Source: Patescibacteria group bacterium
GTDB lineage: Bacteria > Patescibacteriota > Kazan-3B-28
NCBI GenBank assembly: GCA_041649135.1
Contig: JBAZNQ010000001.1
Span: 291,037-355,036 of the forward strand
Length of the DNA stretch: 64,000 nucleotides
Direction of reading: 5' to 3'
A program made the position numbers and the translations under genes. The number at the start of each line of letters is the position of its first letter. The first letter of the stretch is position 1. A model generated the notes under the pieces. The model was given only the letters and a program-made list of their open reading frames with translations. It had not been told where the DNA came from and ran no database searches. Shown here one piece after another: positions 38,918 through 49,382 of the stretch.

Positions 38918-39283
38918 ATGGCAATTGACGATAACCCCATCTACAACCGTAGCTGTGACTTTGCAAAAGCAACCATTGCCATATTACGAACAATCCATCA
39001 GGACCCGATTACTCGACCGCTTATTAGTCAACTCGTTAGATCATCTACCTCGATTGGCGCAAATTTGAGTGAAGCTACCTTTGGAACAAGTCGAAAAGAC
39101 TTTATTAGCAAAGTCACCATTGCCCTCAAAGAAGCGCACGAAAGTCTATACTGGTTAGACTTGCTGGAATCCTCCAATTACATAGACACGTCGCAGGCTA
39201 ACCAGTTGAAGAATGAAGCACGAGAGATTAGAAAAATCTTGGCTACTATCAAATTAAAAACTGCCGAAAAGGCAGTTCCCTAA
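38918..39283 (+). CDS. four-helix-bundle protein (23S-IVS / Avd superfamily)
   Basis: ...SIGANLSEA...EAHESLYWLDLL..., a third paralog. Confidence 0.75.
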   Translation: MAIDDNPIYNRSCDFAKATIAILRTIHQDPITRPLISQLVRSSTSIGANLSEATFGTSRKDFISKVTIALKEAHESLYWLDLLESSNYIDTSQANQLKNEAREIRKILATIKLKTAEKAVP

Positions 39284-39308
39284 ATTTTTCACTTTTCACT
39301 CTTAACTT

Positions 39309-39620
39309 TTAACTTAGAATTCGTGTAATACGAATTCTTAATTTATTCTGCCGATGACCTTGAGTCTTATGGTATCTTTTGCGACGCTTCATCTTAAATA
39401 CGATCACCTTCGGGTCTCTGGTCTCGGCCATTACTTCAGCTTCCACGGTTGCCTTCTCTAATACCGGCATCCCGACTTGGGTCGTTTTACCATCATCTAC
39501 CAGTAATACTTCCTCAAACTTCAAGGGCGTTTTGGCACCCTCAATTCGCTCAATATCCAAAGTATCGCCTTCGGAGACGAGATACTGCTTTCCACCAGTT
39601 TTGATTACTGCTTGAACCAT
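39309..39620 (-). CDS. rplU: 50S ribosomal protein L21
   Basis: MVQAVIKTGGKQYLVSEGDTLDIE... The start was moved to the ATG at 39618-39620. Confidence 0.85.
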   Translation of the reverse strand: MVQAVIKTGGKQYLVSEGDTLDIERIEGAKTPLKFEEVLLVDDGKTTQVGMPVLEKATVEAEVMAETRDPKVIVFKMKRRKRYHKTQGHRQNKLRIRITRILS

Positions 39621-39649
39621 AGCTTGAAAACTAACATATACCAACCAAT

Positions 39650-39760
39650 TTAGTCAATTATTTACCTCGTCATTCTGGGGAGCAAGACGACGCCAGAATC
39701 GTAGAAAATAATGTCCATAAGATTCCGGACAAGCCAGAATGACGCAAAATAGGGATGGCT
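39650..39760. repeat. GTCATTCTGG...CCAGAATGAC palindromic repeat copy (x2)
   Basis: cgtcattctggggagcaagacgacgccagaatcg ... ccggacaagccagaatgacgc. Confidence 0.5.
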
Positions 39761-39761
39761 C

Positions 39762-40277
39762 TTACGATAAGGTCAGATGAACACCTTCCTTGATCCCAGC
39801 CATTTCCGCTTCACCAGCCGCCAGTTCCAACACATATCTTGCCGGCTCATCATTCACATAAGTCGACAATTCAGCTTGGTCATCTTTTGGCGGCTGAACT
39901 TGAGTAGCCAGATAGACTACCTTGCCCTGTTCGTCCAACCAGACTATGTCCAATGGGATTTGCATCCCCTTCATCCACATTGAATGATTTCCCGATTGAT
40001 CAAATACAAACAACATTCCAGAACCACTATTGATCTGTTCCACTCCCGCTAAGCCCTGATTGCGCTGGGCTTCGGTTTCCGCCACCTGTACTGCCAAGGT
40101 TGTACCATTCGGTAAAACTACTCGCCGAGTGTTTTCGGTTGTTGTCGTTGTTAAAATTTGCTGATTTGAAGTTTTCGTCATCAAGCTATAAACCGTCGGC
40201 TGTTTTGCAAAACCATATACTGCCATCAGCGTTAATGCAAAAAATCCTAAAATAAAATTTGATACAAGACGGTTCAT
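39762..40277 (-). CDS. DUF192 (COG1430) family secreted protein
   Basis: Signal peptide and MWMKGMQIPLDIVWLD. Confidence 0.6.
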   Translation of the reverse strand: MNRLVSNFILGFFALTLMAVYGFAKQPTVYSLMTKTSNQQILTTTTTENTRRVVLPNGTTLAVQVAETEAQRNQGLAGVEQINSGSGMLFVFDQSGNHSMWMKGMQIPLDIVWLDEQGKVVYLATQVQPPKDDQAELSTYVNDEPARYVLELAAGEAEMAGIKEGVHLTLS

Positions 40278-40279
40278 TC

Positions 40280-40660
40280 CAAAAATTCTAAATTCTAATC
40301 TCTAAATCCTAAACAAATCCCAAATTCCTCTGAAAATTCTAAACTCGAAACTCTAAATTCTAAACAAATTCTAAATTCTAATGCTTCAAACGTTTCCTGT
40401 GTCATTCCCACCCTCTTCTTTGTCATTCCCGCGTAGGCGGGAATCCAGCCAAGAACAAAAACATTTTTTCTTTTTTCTGTCCCTGGCCGCGACCGCAGGC
40501 AGGCTGGATGCGGTCGCCACGGCGACCTTACCAGAATGACGGTCTTTTGTTTCGGTAATTGTTATTTCGAGCTTGTTTAGTATTTCTGATTTCGGATTTC
40601 GTGTTTTTATTTCTGGATACTAGATGCTAGATACTAGATACTGAATTGTGTTTCGGATTT
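40280..40660. repeat. composite intergenic repeat, near-identical to 1000-1260 over more than 110 bp
   Basis: ctgaaaattctaaactcgaaactctaaattctaaacaaattctaaattctaatgcttcaaacgtttcctgtgtcattcccaccctcttctttgtcattcccgcgtaggcgggaatccagccaagaacaaaaacattttttcttttttctgtc. Confidence 0.65.
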
Positions 40661-40665
40661 TGTGC

Positions 40666-43600
40666 TTATGGTTTGTCACTTAGTGCTACTCTCAACTCTA
40701 CCACAAACCCATTGATCTTGTGTTCTTCGCCGTCCTCCTCAAGCATCACATCTGCCAATACTTCAGTTTTTATATAATCGCCAAACTGTTCAAAAGTCTG
40801 TTTGATTTCTGGCGCATCAGATTTCCAAGTCAATTTGATCCTGTCAGTAATCTCCAACCCGCCATTCTTACGTAATACTTGCACCGCTCGCACGATCTCA
40901 CGAGCATTACCTTCTAATGCCAATTCTGGAGTAATTGTCGCATCAAGCTTATCTTCTACCCCGCCCAATTCAATTTTCTTCACATTCAATTCCTCCTTCA
41001 GAATCTCCAGCACTTCTGCCGATAAATCTTTAGCTTTAACTGTAAAACTAGCCAACGGCTGACGTACTTTAACCCCCGCTTGTTCGCGTTGATTTAAACC
41101 AACTTCAATTAGCTCCCGCACTATCTTCATACCCTCTAATACCTTTTGATCGGCTTGGGCAGAGCCCTGCGTAGCCTTGGCGAAGAAGGGCCAATCGGCT
41201 AAATGCACCGACGCCACATCGGCCTCGGTCTTTAAGTTCAAATAAATTGCTTCACTCAAGAACGGCATAAATGGTGCCAACATTTTTACAAAGTCTTTCA
41301 ACACGGTATACAACACAACATAAGCTTGGTTTTTATCGATGTCATTCTCCCCCTTTCCGCCGTCGCCAAGACTATGGCGGACTGTCCGCCAGAACCGCCG
41401 CCGACTCCGCCTAACATACCAGTTGGACAGATCATCCATGAAGCTCTCCATCGCAAGACACGCCTGCATGGCATCATATTCGTCCAAAGCTTTCGATACC
41501 GTTTCTACCAGCTGGTTTCGTCTTGCCCAAATCCACTGATCCAACACATTCTTTGGTTCTAGCTTCATTTTTTCATCCGGCACAAACCCATCAATATTCG
41601 CATAAGTTACAAAGAACGAATAAGTGTTCCATAAAGTCAGCATCAGCCGTCGGATAACTTGTTTCACCCCCTCTTCGTCAAAGTTTTTCGGCAAACCGAT
41701 CTGGTTAATTGTCATCAAATACCACCTCACCGCATCGGAACCATAATTTTCAAACAAAGACTGCGGCTCTACCACATTACCTTTGGATTTGCTCATCTTT
41801 TTGCCGTTTTTATCCAAGACATGACCATTCACTACCACATTTTTGTACGGCGCTGCTTTACCAAGCAAAGTTGCTATTGCTAACAAGGTATAAAACCACC
41901 CGCGAGTTTGATCAACTCCCTCGGCAATAAAATCGGCTGGGAAGGATAGTTCCTTATCGATTCTCTCCTTATTTTCAAATGGATAATGCCATTGGGCATA
42001 TGGCATCGCACCAGAATCAAACCACACATCCAACACTTCTGAAACTCTGTGATATTCTTTGCCATCTTTTACCAAAACAATTTCATCCACAAACGGCTTA
42101 TGCGGATCCCATGTTGTTTTGCTGTCATTGCGAGAAGACGCAGCCGACGAAGCAATCTTTGTCGGATCTTTCGCCAACTTCCTTAATTCTTCAAACGAGC
42201 CAATACAAATCGGCTTTTCTCCTTCTGCCACCCAAAACGGCAACGGCGTCCCCCAATATCGCTCTCTAGAAATCCCCCAATCTTTAATATCTTTTAACCA
42301 TTCTCCAAATCGGCCATCCTTCAAATGCGACGGCACCCAATTTACGGATTTGTTATTAGCCAACAATTCTTCTTGAACTGCTGTTACTTTGATAAACCAA
42401 GAATCCGCTGCGTAATACATCAATGGTGTATCGCACCGCCAGCAGAATGGATAATCATGCGTATACTTCTCTTCTTTAAAGAAACCCCCCTTACCCTCCG
42501 ACGCGCCCTCCTTCAGCACCGCAATAATCTCCTGTTCCAGCTCTTTATCTTTCTCACCTACCTTCATAATTGAGCGCCCCGCCCACGGTTTTACACTCGG
42601 AGCAAAAACGCCATTTGGTAACACCGTATGGACCATTGGTAAATCAAATTTTTTGCCTAGCTGGTAGTCATCTTCTCCATACATCGGCGCAATATGCACC
42701 ACTCCCGTCCCATCCTCCGTTGTCACAAAATCGGCTGGATAAACTTTAAACGCATTCTGATAGTTCTTAGCATCTTTCGGAATTGCCTCTGGGAAAAGCG
42801 GTTCATACTCTAAACCGACCAAATCTTTGCCTTTGTATCTTTCAACAACCTCAACATCTTCGTCACCAAAAATTTTATTAATCAATTCCTCCGCCAAAAT
42901 ATATAAATCCCCTTCCTGAACTTTTAACTTTTCACTTTTAACTTTTAACTTACAGTAGGAAATTTCATTTCCTACTGCTAATACCACATTCCCCGGCAAA
43001 GTCCACGGTGTTGTCGTCCAAACCAAGATATATGTATTGTCGCTTGCGACACCATCACTTTTCACTTTTAACTTTTCACTTTTAACTCGAAACTTCACGA
43101 ATAGTGAAGTTTCGTTTACTTCTTTATACCCCTGTGCCACTTCATGACTCGCCAGCGCCGTTTCACACCGAGGACATCTTGGCCCCACCCGATAGCCTTG
43201 ATAAATCAAACCCTTATCCCAAATCTGCTTTAATGCCCACCAGACTGATTCAATGTATTTTGAATCATAAGTAATATACGGGTCATTCATGTCCAACCAA
43301 TACCCACTCCGACGGGTGAATTGCTCCCACAGTTCTTTGTACTCCCAAACACTTTCCCGTGCTTGTGCATTAAACTTTTCCACTCCGTATTTTTCAATAT
43401 CAGCCTTATTGGTCAGTCCCAGTTTTTTCTCGACGGCAATTTCCACCGGCAACCCATGCGTATCCCAACCCGCTTTCCGTTCCACTAAAAACCCTCGCAT
43501 CGTTTTGTAACGCGCATAAATATCTTTTACATACCGACTAACGGCATGATGTAACCCCGGCTTACCATTCGCACTCGGCGGTCCTTCAAAGAATATAAAC

Positions 43601-43722
43601 CTTTCGCTCTTAGCTCTAAGCTCTAAGCTCTTCTGAAATATCTTTTCTTTATCCCAAAACGAAAGAATTTCTTCTTCCTGTTTGGAGAAGTTTACTTTTG
43701 GATCAACTTTTTTAAATTTCAT
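40666..43722 (-). CDS. ileS: isoleucine--tRNA ligase
   Basis: HIGH-region variant PSANGKPGLHHA and KMSKS. A 1018-aa protein with an editing domain and two in-frame LKVKSEKLKV insertions. Confidence 0.9.
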   Translation of the reverse strand: MKFKKVDPKVNFSKQEEEILSFWDKEKIFQKSLELRAKSERFIFFEGPPSANGKPGLHHAVSRYVKDIYARYKTMRGFLVERKAGWDTHGLPVEIAVEKKLGLTNKADIEKYGVEKFNAQARESVWEYKELWEQFTRRSGYWLDMNDPYITYDSKYIESVWWALKQIWDKGLIYQGYRVGPRCPRCETALASHEVAQGYKEVNETSLFVKFRVKSEKLKVKSDGVASDNTYILVWTTTPWTLPGNVVLAVGNEISYCKLKVKSEKLKVQEGDLYILAEELINKIFGDEDVEVVERYKGKDLVGLEYEPLFPEAIPKDAKNYQNAFKVYPADFVTTEDGTGVVHIAPMYGEDDYQLGKKFDLPMVHTVLPNGVFAPSVKPWAGRSIMKVGEKDKELEQEIIAVLKEGASEGKGGFFKEEKYTHDYPFCWRCDTPLMYYAADSWFIKVTAVQEELLANNKSVNWVPSHLKDGRFGEWLKDIKDWGISRERYWGTPLPFWVAEGEKPICIGSFEELRKLAKDPTKIASSAASSRNDSKTTWDPHKPFVDEIVLVKDGKEYHRVSEVLDVWFDSGAMPYAQWHYPFENKERIDKELSFPADFIAEGVDQTRGWFYTLLAIATLLGKAAPYKNVVVNGHVLDKNGKKMSKSKGNVVEPQSLFENYGSDAVRWYLMTINQIGLPKNFDEEGVKQVIRRLMLTLWNTYSFFVTYANIDGFVPDEKMKLEPKNVLDQWIWARRNQLVETVSKALDEYDAMQACLAMESFMDDLSNWYVRRSRRRFWRTVRHSLGDGGKGENDIDKNQAYVVLYTVLKDFVKMLAPFMPFLSEAIYLNLKTEADVASVHLADWPFFAKATQGSAQADQKVLEGMKIVRELIEVGLNQREQAGVKVRQPLASFTVKAKDLSAEVLEILKEELNVKKIELGGVEDKLDATITPELALEGNAREIVRAVQVLRKNGGLEITDRIKLTWKSDAPEIKQTFEQFGDYIKTEVLADVMLEEDGEEHKINGFVVELRVALSDKP

Positions 43723-44260
43723 CCTTTTTCTCGCTTGCTTTTCTAATTAACGGCCGCCGCCGATCTTCAATCAGATACTTCTTCGTATCCTGATCTAGGT
43801 CCACAAATCGATCAGCCGCTGTTTGTAATTTTCCGGAAGCACTTCGCCCAAACGCCACCACTTCCACCTTTTGACCCAAACTCTGCAAATATTCAACTAA
43901 TGGAACAAAATCGCCATCACCCGACACTATCACTACCACATCCACTTTGGGTGCCAGCTTAATCGTATCCATCGCAATCCCGACATCCCAATCGCCCTTC
44001 TTATTCCCGCCGTAAAAAATCTGAAGTTCCTTGGCTTTAACCTCAAAGCCAATATGCTCCAGCGCCTCAAAGAAGTTGCCTTCTTCTGGAATATCTGCAG
44101 CAATTACATAAGCAATTGCTCTAATTAAATTCCGATCACCTACCGCCGTTTCGAGTACCGCCTTAAAATTAACCTTCTTTTGGTACATCGCCTTGGCCGA
44201 ATAGTACATATTCGACACATCAACAAACACCCCTACCCGTTGTTCTCCATATTGGCTCAT
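43712..44260 (-). CDS. NYN-domain (LabA/DUF88-like, PIN-like) protein
   Basis: VFVDVSNMYY ... VVIVSGDGDF acidic-residue pattern. Confidence 0.65.
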   Translation of the reverse strand: MSQYGEQRVGVFVDVSNMYYSAKAMYQKKVNFKAVLETAVGDRNLIRAIAYVIAADIPEEGNFFEALEHIGFEVKAKELQIFYGGNKKGDWDVGIAMDTIKLAPKVDVVVIVSGDGDFVPLVEYLQSLGQKVEVVAFGRSASGKLQTAADRFVDLDQDTKKYLIEDRRRPLIRKASEKKDEI

Positions 44261-44383
44261 AAAATATTCAAATCAACTGATATATCCAAATCCCTCCTAT
44301 TATACCTATCCGCCGGCTTCAGACAAAAAAACAAGCCCACCTTCCCCCAAGGTGGGCTCACATGTTCAGCCGATAGTCCGCAA

Positions 44384-44770
44384 TCAGGAAGCGAGAAGAT
44401 GCAGCCGCAAGTTCCTCTCGACGGGCAAATGGAACTGCTGAGCCTGACGCTCCGCATCCTCGGCGCCAACAGCTTTTATCGTGCCAAGTACTATCATCAT
44501 CGCCTTGCGGCGACGGCGACGATGACCAGCCCGACCACTCCGGTGGTGACGATATCGAGTCACCCGCACCTCAAAGAGCTGCGGAGCCACCTCGCTCACG
44601 ACGACACCATCGTCATAGGCCGTCATCAGGCTCGAGTCGTTGCAGTTCTCCTGCGACGATACCCGCCCCGCCGCCGACAGCTGCCGTCTGCTCCGATTCC
44701 TCTGCCAGATCGCCCAAGCGACCATCAGCAGGAGCACGAAAACAACGTAGTAGATGACGTTCAGGTCCAT
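44384..44770 (-). CDS. hypothetical small membrane-anchored protein (GC-rich patch)
   Basis: MDLNVIYYVVFVLLLMVAWAIW... plus a basic stretch. Competing ORFs on both strands make this a weak call. Confidence 0.25.
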   Translation of the reverse strand: MDLNVIYYVVFVLLLMVAWAIWQRNRSRRQLSAAGRVSSQENCNDSSLMTAYDDGVVVSEVAPQLFEVRVTRYRHHRSGRAGHRRRRRKAMMIVLGTIKAVGAEDAERQAQQFHLPVERNLRLHLLAS

Positions 44771-45092
44771 CACAGACCCCCTCCCTCTATGAGATACCTT
44801 TACCCTACCAAAAAACCCGCTCCTAGTCAAGACTTTCCTATTTCTGCCCCCTATTCCCATTGAGCAAATTGCGTCCGCCAATAGCAAAATTAACCGGTAT
44901 GGATAGCGTCTGTTTGAGCCCCGACTTGTTGGGGCGAGTATAGCGTATAGTCCAGAAAGGTTAATTTTGGTTAATTGGCTAGCTATTTGTAATTGGGCGT
45001 CCTTTCGGTGCTACCGCGCAAGGACTAAGCAAAGCGGTAGCGAAAAAGAACGGCCGACGTCAGTCGGCCAAAGGTCGTCTGCAAGATAAAAA

Positions 45093-45311
45093 CTAATCTA
45101 TTTCAAATACCTTTTCACTGGAAGTAGCTCCCGACGTCAGTCGAACCAAAGATCTAGGTACCTCGAATTCCAAAGCCAACAACTCTATGACTGCCTGATT
45201 GGCCTTCCCCTTTTCCGGCGCTACCGTCACCCACACCTTAAAACTCCCCTCCCGCAATTTTTCAATTGCATTTCGGGACGCTCTCGTAATCACTTTTACC
45301 TTAATTCTCAT
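45093..45311 (-). CDS. DUF167 (YggU-like) family protein
   Basis: A 72-aa protein: IKVKVITRASRNAI...KGKANQAVIELLA. Confidence 0.6.
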   Translation of the reverse strand: MRIKVKVITRASRNAIEKLREGSFKVWVTVAPEKGKANQAVIELLALEFEVPRSLVRLTSGATSSEKVFEID

Positions 45312-45348
45312 TTGGTGATTGGGATTTGGTTATTGGTTATTAAATCCC

Positions 45349-46092
45349 TTACGCCGCCTTTAAACTTGCCCGTGCCAGTTCTATCTCACCCCAATCAATC
45401 TCCTGTATTAACTCTCGGTATTCTCCAGAAAAATTCAGAACCACACCGACACTATTTAACAGCCCCCGCGCCGCACTAAAATTATTTTTCACCATATATT
45501 GCCTAACTCTATTCAACGCTTCGCGTACATCCGGCGTCACCACTTCCAGCCGCTCCTTCTCTTCTGTCCGTTCGCTCAATTCGTCAATCAGACGTTTAGC
45601 TTCCGCCAAACCAGCATCAGCAAACTTTTGTTCAAACTGCTTACGTAGTGAACCAATTTGAATCTTCAATAACAACCGACTGAACATCGCATACCGCCGT
45701 TTCTTTTCCTCAATTTCTCTTTTTTTTGCCTTAATAATTTCTTTCCGATCCGACACACTAGCTGTTTCAATTTCATGCGCTACTGCTCGTCGTTGTGCTA
45801 CTGACAAATATGGCGAGGTGACTACTTCTTCAGACTCATCCGCCTGTTCCTCACCAGACGGCAAACACTTCTCCGCCATAATCCTCACCAAGTTTTCTTT
45901 GTATTCAATCTTTTCGCAATCATCAAAGGCAACCATCCAGTCATTTACATCCCCTTCCGTACACCAACCATTATTCCGCGCATAATTCAACATACGCTCC
46001 ATCTCTGCTCGCAACTCGCGTTCATATTCCAGTAACTCCGAGTCAGTCTCTTCCTGACTAACCGCAACTAATTCCAGTTTTTTATTTTCCAT
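45349..46092 (-). CDS. hypothetical acidic/coiled-coil protein
   Basis: A 247-aa ORF with no recognisable motifs. Confidence 0.4.
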   Translation of the reverse strand: MENKKLELVAVSQEETDSELLEYERELRAEMERMLNYARNNGWCTEGDVNDWMVAFDDCEKIEYKENLVRIMAEKCLPSGEEQADESEEVVTSPYLSVAQRRAVAHEIETASVSDRKEIIKAKKREIEEKKRRYAMFSRLLLKIQIGSLRKQFEQKFADAGLAEAKRLIDELSERTEEKERLEVVTPDVREALNRVRQYMVKNNFSAARGLLNSVGVVLNFSGEYRELIQEIDWGEIELARASLKAA

Positions 46093-46138
46093 CCTCTTTG
46101 TGGTAATTGGTTATTGGATATTGGATATTACCGGTTGC

Positions 46139-48979
46139 TTACGAGCAACCGGTTGTCGTCCCACATTCCCGACAGGAATAACATGTTCCGTTCCGAATCA
46201 TGAACGCTCCACAAGTCGGACACGGCGGTGCCGAACTTTCTCTGACATCCCCGTTAGTTTCCATTTTTATTTCTAATGAAGTTTGGACTGGCAACGGTTC
46301 TGGCGTCTCCATTTCCTGTTCACTTTTCACACTCTCTGCTCCATCCACATTCGTGATGTCGCTTTGTTCTAACGACCTCGCCACATCCTCACCGATGATC
46401 CCCATCATGACTTGTTTTTCGACTGGCAAATAATGCCGACCTATCCATCTAGCAATATAATCCGGAATTGATTTCGCAAACGGAATGTCCATATCATCAG
46501 TCGCTCCCCACGGCTCAAATCGCATATTGATCAACGAATCAACTAATGATTCTACCGATTCACCACGTTGTAGCGCTTTCGACAACAATCGCGCTAGTGT
46601 ATCCATTAACCCCGAGAAAGCGGAACCTTCTCGCGCTGTTTTTAGAAAAATCTCACCCAATCGCCCATCATCATAAAGATTTGCTGTTACATACACCTTA
46701 TGATCACCCACAATAAAACTATGAGTCAGCCCGTGACGAGTTTTAGGCATATCCCGTTCCTGTAATTTTGGCAATTGCTGAACTTCTGGCAATTTTTCCT
46801 CGTCTTTTTTCTTTACCGTCAAAGGCTGTGACGCTTTACAATTGTCCCGATACAACGCCAACGCTTTGATGCCCTTTTTCCATGATTCAACATAAACTTG
46901 CTCCACTTCCTCCACCGTCACTTCTTCCGGCATATTCACCGTCTTGCTGATCGCACCCGACAAAAACGGCTGAACCGCCGCCATCATATCGACATGCGCC
47001 ATTGGTCGGATAAATCTAGTCCCGTTACCGACTTTATTGGCACAATCAAATACCGGCAAATGTTCCGCCCGAACATGTGGTGCTCCCTCAATCGTGCCAT
47101 TCTCCAAAATATAATCATTAATTTCTTTAGTCTCGGTTGGATTGTATCCCAATTGTTCTAGCGCTGACACCACCGACTGGTTCACAATTGCATATCCGCC
47201 GCCGCCAGCCAATTTTTTGTATTTCACCAAAGCAAAGTCCGGTTCAATCCCAGTCGTATCCGCGTCCATCAATGGTCCGATCGTTCCAGTTGGCGCCAGT
47301 ACCGTTGCCTGCGCATTGCGATAACCGTTTTTCTCACCCATCACCAACGCTTCGTCCCAATCCTGCTTTGCCGCTGCGAATAATTCCGCTGTCAGATTCC
47401 GACTATCAATTTGATACGCCGCGTTGCGATGCATTTTAATCACTTCCAACATTGATTCACGATTTTTCAAAAAACCGGAGAATGTCCCAACTCGCCCAGC
47501 CATCCGTGCTGATTGAGCGTAAGCTCGGCCGGTCATGATCGCCGTCGCCGCCGCCGCCAATGCCCGACCGCCATCAGAATCATATGGCAAACCCACTCGC
47601 ATCAAATACGCGCCTAAATTAGCGTAACCCATCCCCAATGGTCGATATTCATGCGAATTTTGAGCGATGGTTCGCCCCGGAAAAGACGAGAAATCAACTA
47701 AAATTTCTTGAGCGGCAATCATCACATCAACAGTATGCCGATAAGCTTCAATATCCAGTTGACCGTCCTCGGTCAGATATTTGACCAAATTAATCGAAGC
47801 TAAATTACACGCCGAATCATCCAAAAACATGTATTCGCTACATGGATTACTGGCGTTAATTCTGCCGGTTACTTTGCAGGTATGCCATTTATTAATCGTC
47901 GTATCATATTGCATCCCCGGATCAGCACACCGCCAAGCTGCTTGAGCGATTTCCCGCATCACTTGTCGCGCCGGTAACGTCCGAATTACTTCACCAGTAG
48001 TTACCGCTCGCAAATCCCAATTGCCACCATCCAGATAAGCTTGCATAAACTCATCTGTCACTCTGATAGAATTATTCGAATTCTGTCCACCAACTGTTTG
48101 ATACGCTTCACCATTGAAATCAGCCGGTAATCCACCCTCAATCAAAATTTTTGCCTTTTCCTCCTCTCGTTCCTTCCAGTGAATGAATTCCATAATTTCC
48201 GGATGATCCACATTCATGATCACCATCTTGGCCGCTCGCCGAGTTGTTCCACCTGATTTAGTCGCCCCAGCTCCGGTGTCATAGACTTTCAAAAATGACA
48301 ACACCCCAGAAGACATCCCTCCCCCTGACAACTTTTCATATTTTGACCTCAACGTCGAAAAGTTAGTACCAGAACCACTGCCATATTTAAACAATTGTGA
48401 TTCTTTTTTTAACAGATCAAAAATGTCCGACAAATCATCTCTTACCGATTGGATAAAACACGCTGACGCCTGCGGATGTTCATAAGCATTAATCGCCACT
48501 TCGATATCATTACTCTCTGGGTTCCAAAACCAATTTTGTGAACTGCCAGTAATTCCATATTCATGGAACAATCCTACGTTAAACCAGACTGGTGAATTAA
48601 AGGCCGCTCTTTGTGTTACTAAAATAAACTTCAATTCATCTTCAAAAATATCTGCTTCGTCTGTTGACACCAGATGACCGAGCTTCTCACCAGCCATCCG
48701 AATCGTATGCGCCACTCGATGTACCAGCTGGCGGATCGAGGTCTCCATCCCCTCTGGACTGTTCACTCCCCGCTTTCTCAAATATTTATACGCTGCTATC
48801 GTCGCCGCAGTCTCCGACCACGATAATGGTACTTCGATCTCCCTGTCTAACAGCATCGAACCATCAGTATCCTTCAGACTGACATGCCGCATCCCCCAAT
48901 CGATTAATTTAAATACATCGTCCCCTTCCCGTGTAAAATGCCGACTAACCAAACCCTGTGTTGCAACTTTTCCCTCCAT
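46139..48979 (-). CDS. nrdJ: class II (adenosylcobalamin-dependent) ribonucleotide reductase with a C-terminal zinc ribbon
   Basis: A 946-aa protein with an RNR barrel containing the NPCSE motif and the tail CPTCGAFMIRNGTCYSCRECG. Confidence 0.85.
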   Translation of the reverse strand: MEGKVATQGLVSRHFTREGDDVFKLIDWGMRHVSLKDTDGSMLLDREIEVPLSWSETAATIAAYKYLRKRGVNSPEGMETSIRQLVHRVAHTIRMAGEKLGHLVSTDEADIFEDELKFILVTQRAAFNSPVWFNVGLFHEYGITGSSQNWFWNPESNDIEVAINAYEHPQASACFIQSVRDDLSDIFDLLKKESQLFKYGSGSGTNFSTLRSKYEKLSGGGMSSGVLSFLKVYDTGAGATKSGGTTRRAAKMVIMNVDHPEIMEFIHWKEREEEKAKILIEGGLPADFNGEAYQTVGGQNSNNSIRVTDEFMQAYLDGGNWDLRAVTTGEVIRTLPARQVMREIAQAAWRCADPGMQYDTTINKWHTCKVTGRINASNPCSEYMFLDDSACNLASINLVKYLTEDGQLDIEAYRHTVDVMIAAQEILVDFSSFPGRTIAQNSHEYRPLGMGYANLGAYLMRVGLPYDSDGGRALAAAATAIMTGRAYAQSARMAGRVGTFSGFLKNRESMLEVIKMHRNAAYQIDSRNLTAELFAAAKQDWDEALVMGEKNGYRNAQATVLAPTGTIGPLMDADTTGIEPDFALVKYKKLAGGGGYAIVNQSVVSALEQLGYNPTETKEINDYILENGTIEGAPHVRAEHLPVFDCANKVGNGTRFIRPMAHVDMMAAVQPFLSGAISKTVNMPEEVTVEEVEQVYVESWKKGIKALALYRDNCKASQPLTVKKKDEEKLPEVQQLPKLQERDMPKTRHGLTHSFIVGDHKVYVTANLYDDGRLGEIFLKTAREGSAFSGLMDTLARLLSKALQRGESVESLVDSLINMRFEPWGATDDMDIPFAKSIPDYIARWIGRHYLPVEKQVMMGIIGEDVARSLEQSDITNVDGAESVKSEQEMETPEPLPVQTSLEIKMETNGDVRESSAPPCPTCGAFMIRNGTCYSCRECGTTTGCS

Positions 48980-49059
48980 AAAGACCTCGCTCCGATTAAG
49001 ACAATATATATTTGTCGCTCGCTAATCATCAATCACCAAATCACAATATCCAAACAAAT

Positions 49060-49380
49060 TACAATTCTAAACCCCAATTTGTCTTTCTGCTCCTCCCTCC
49101 GTCATTCCCGCGAAGGCGGGAATCCATTTCTTCCTGTCATTCTGAACCCTTCAATTCTTCAGGACAGGCTCCGCGAAGAATCTAGTTCCGGTTTACCGGA
49201 ACGACTATCGTCTAGATCCTTCATTTCATTCAGGATGACAGCACGACTGTTTATTTTGTTTATTGATAATTGACCATTGCTTCTGTTTATTGTGATTTTT
49301 TTGTTGATTGGTTATTGGATATTGATTATTACCTCTGTTTATTGGTTATTACTTCTGGTCATTGATTATTGGATATTGGA
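49060..49380. repeat. composite intergenic repeat (GTCATTC palindromes plus a (TTGGATA)n-like array) between nrdR and nrdJ
   Basis: gtcattcccgcgaaggcgggaatcc; gtcattctgaaccc...ttcaggatgac; ttggttattggatattggatatta. Confidence 0.55.
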
Positions 49381-49382
49381 TA

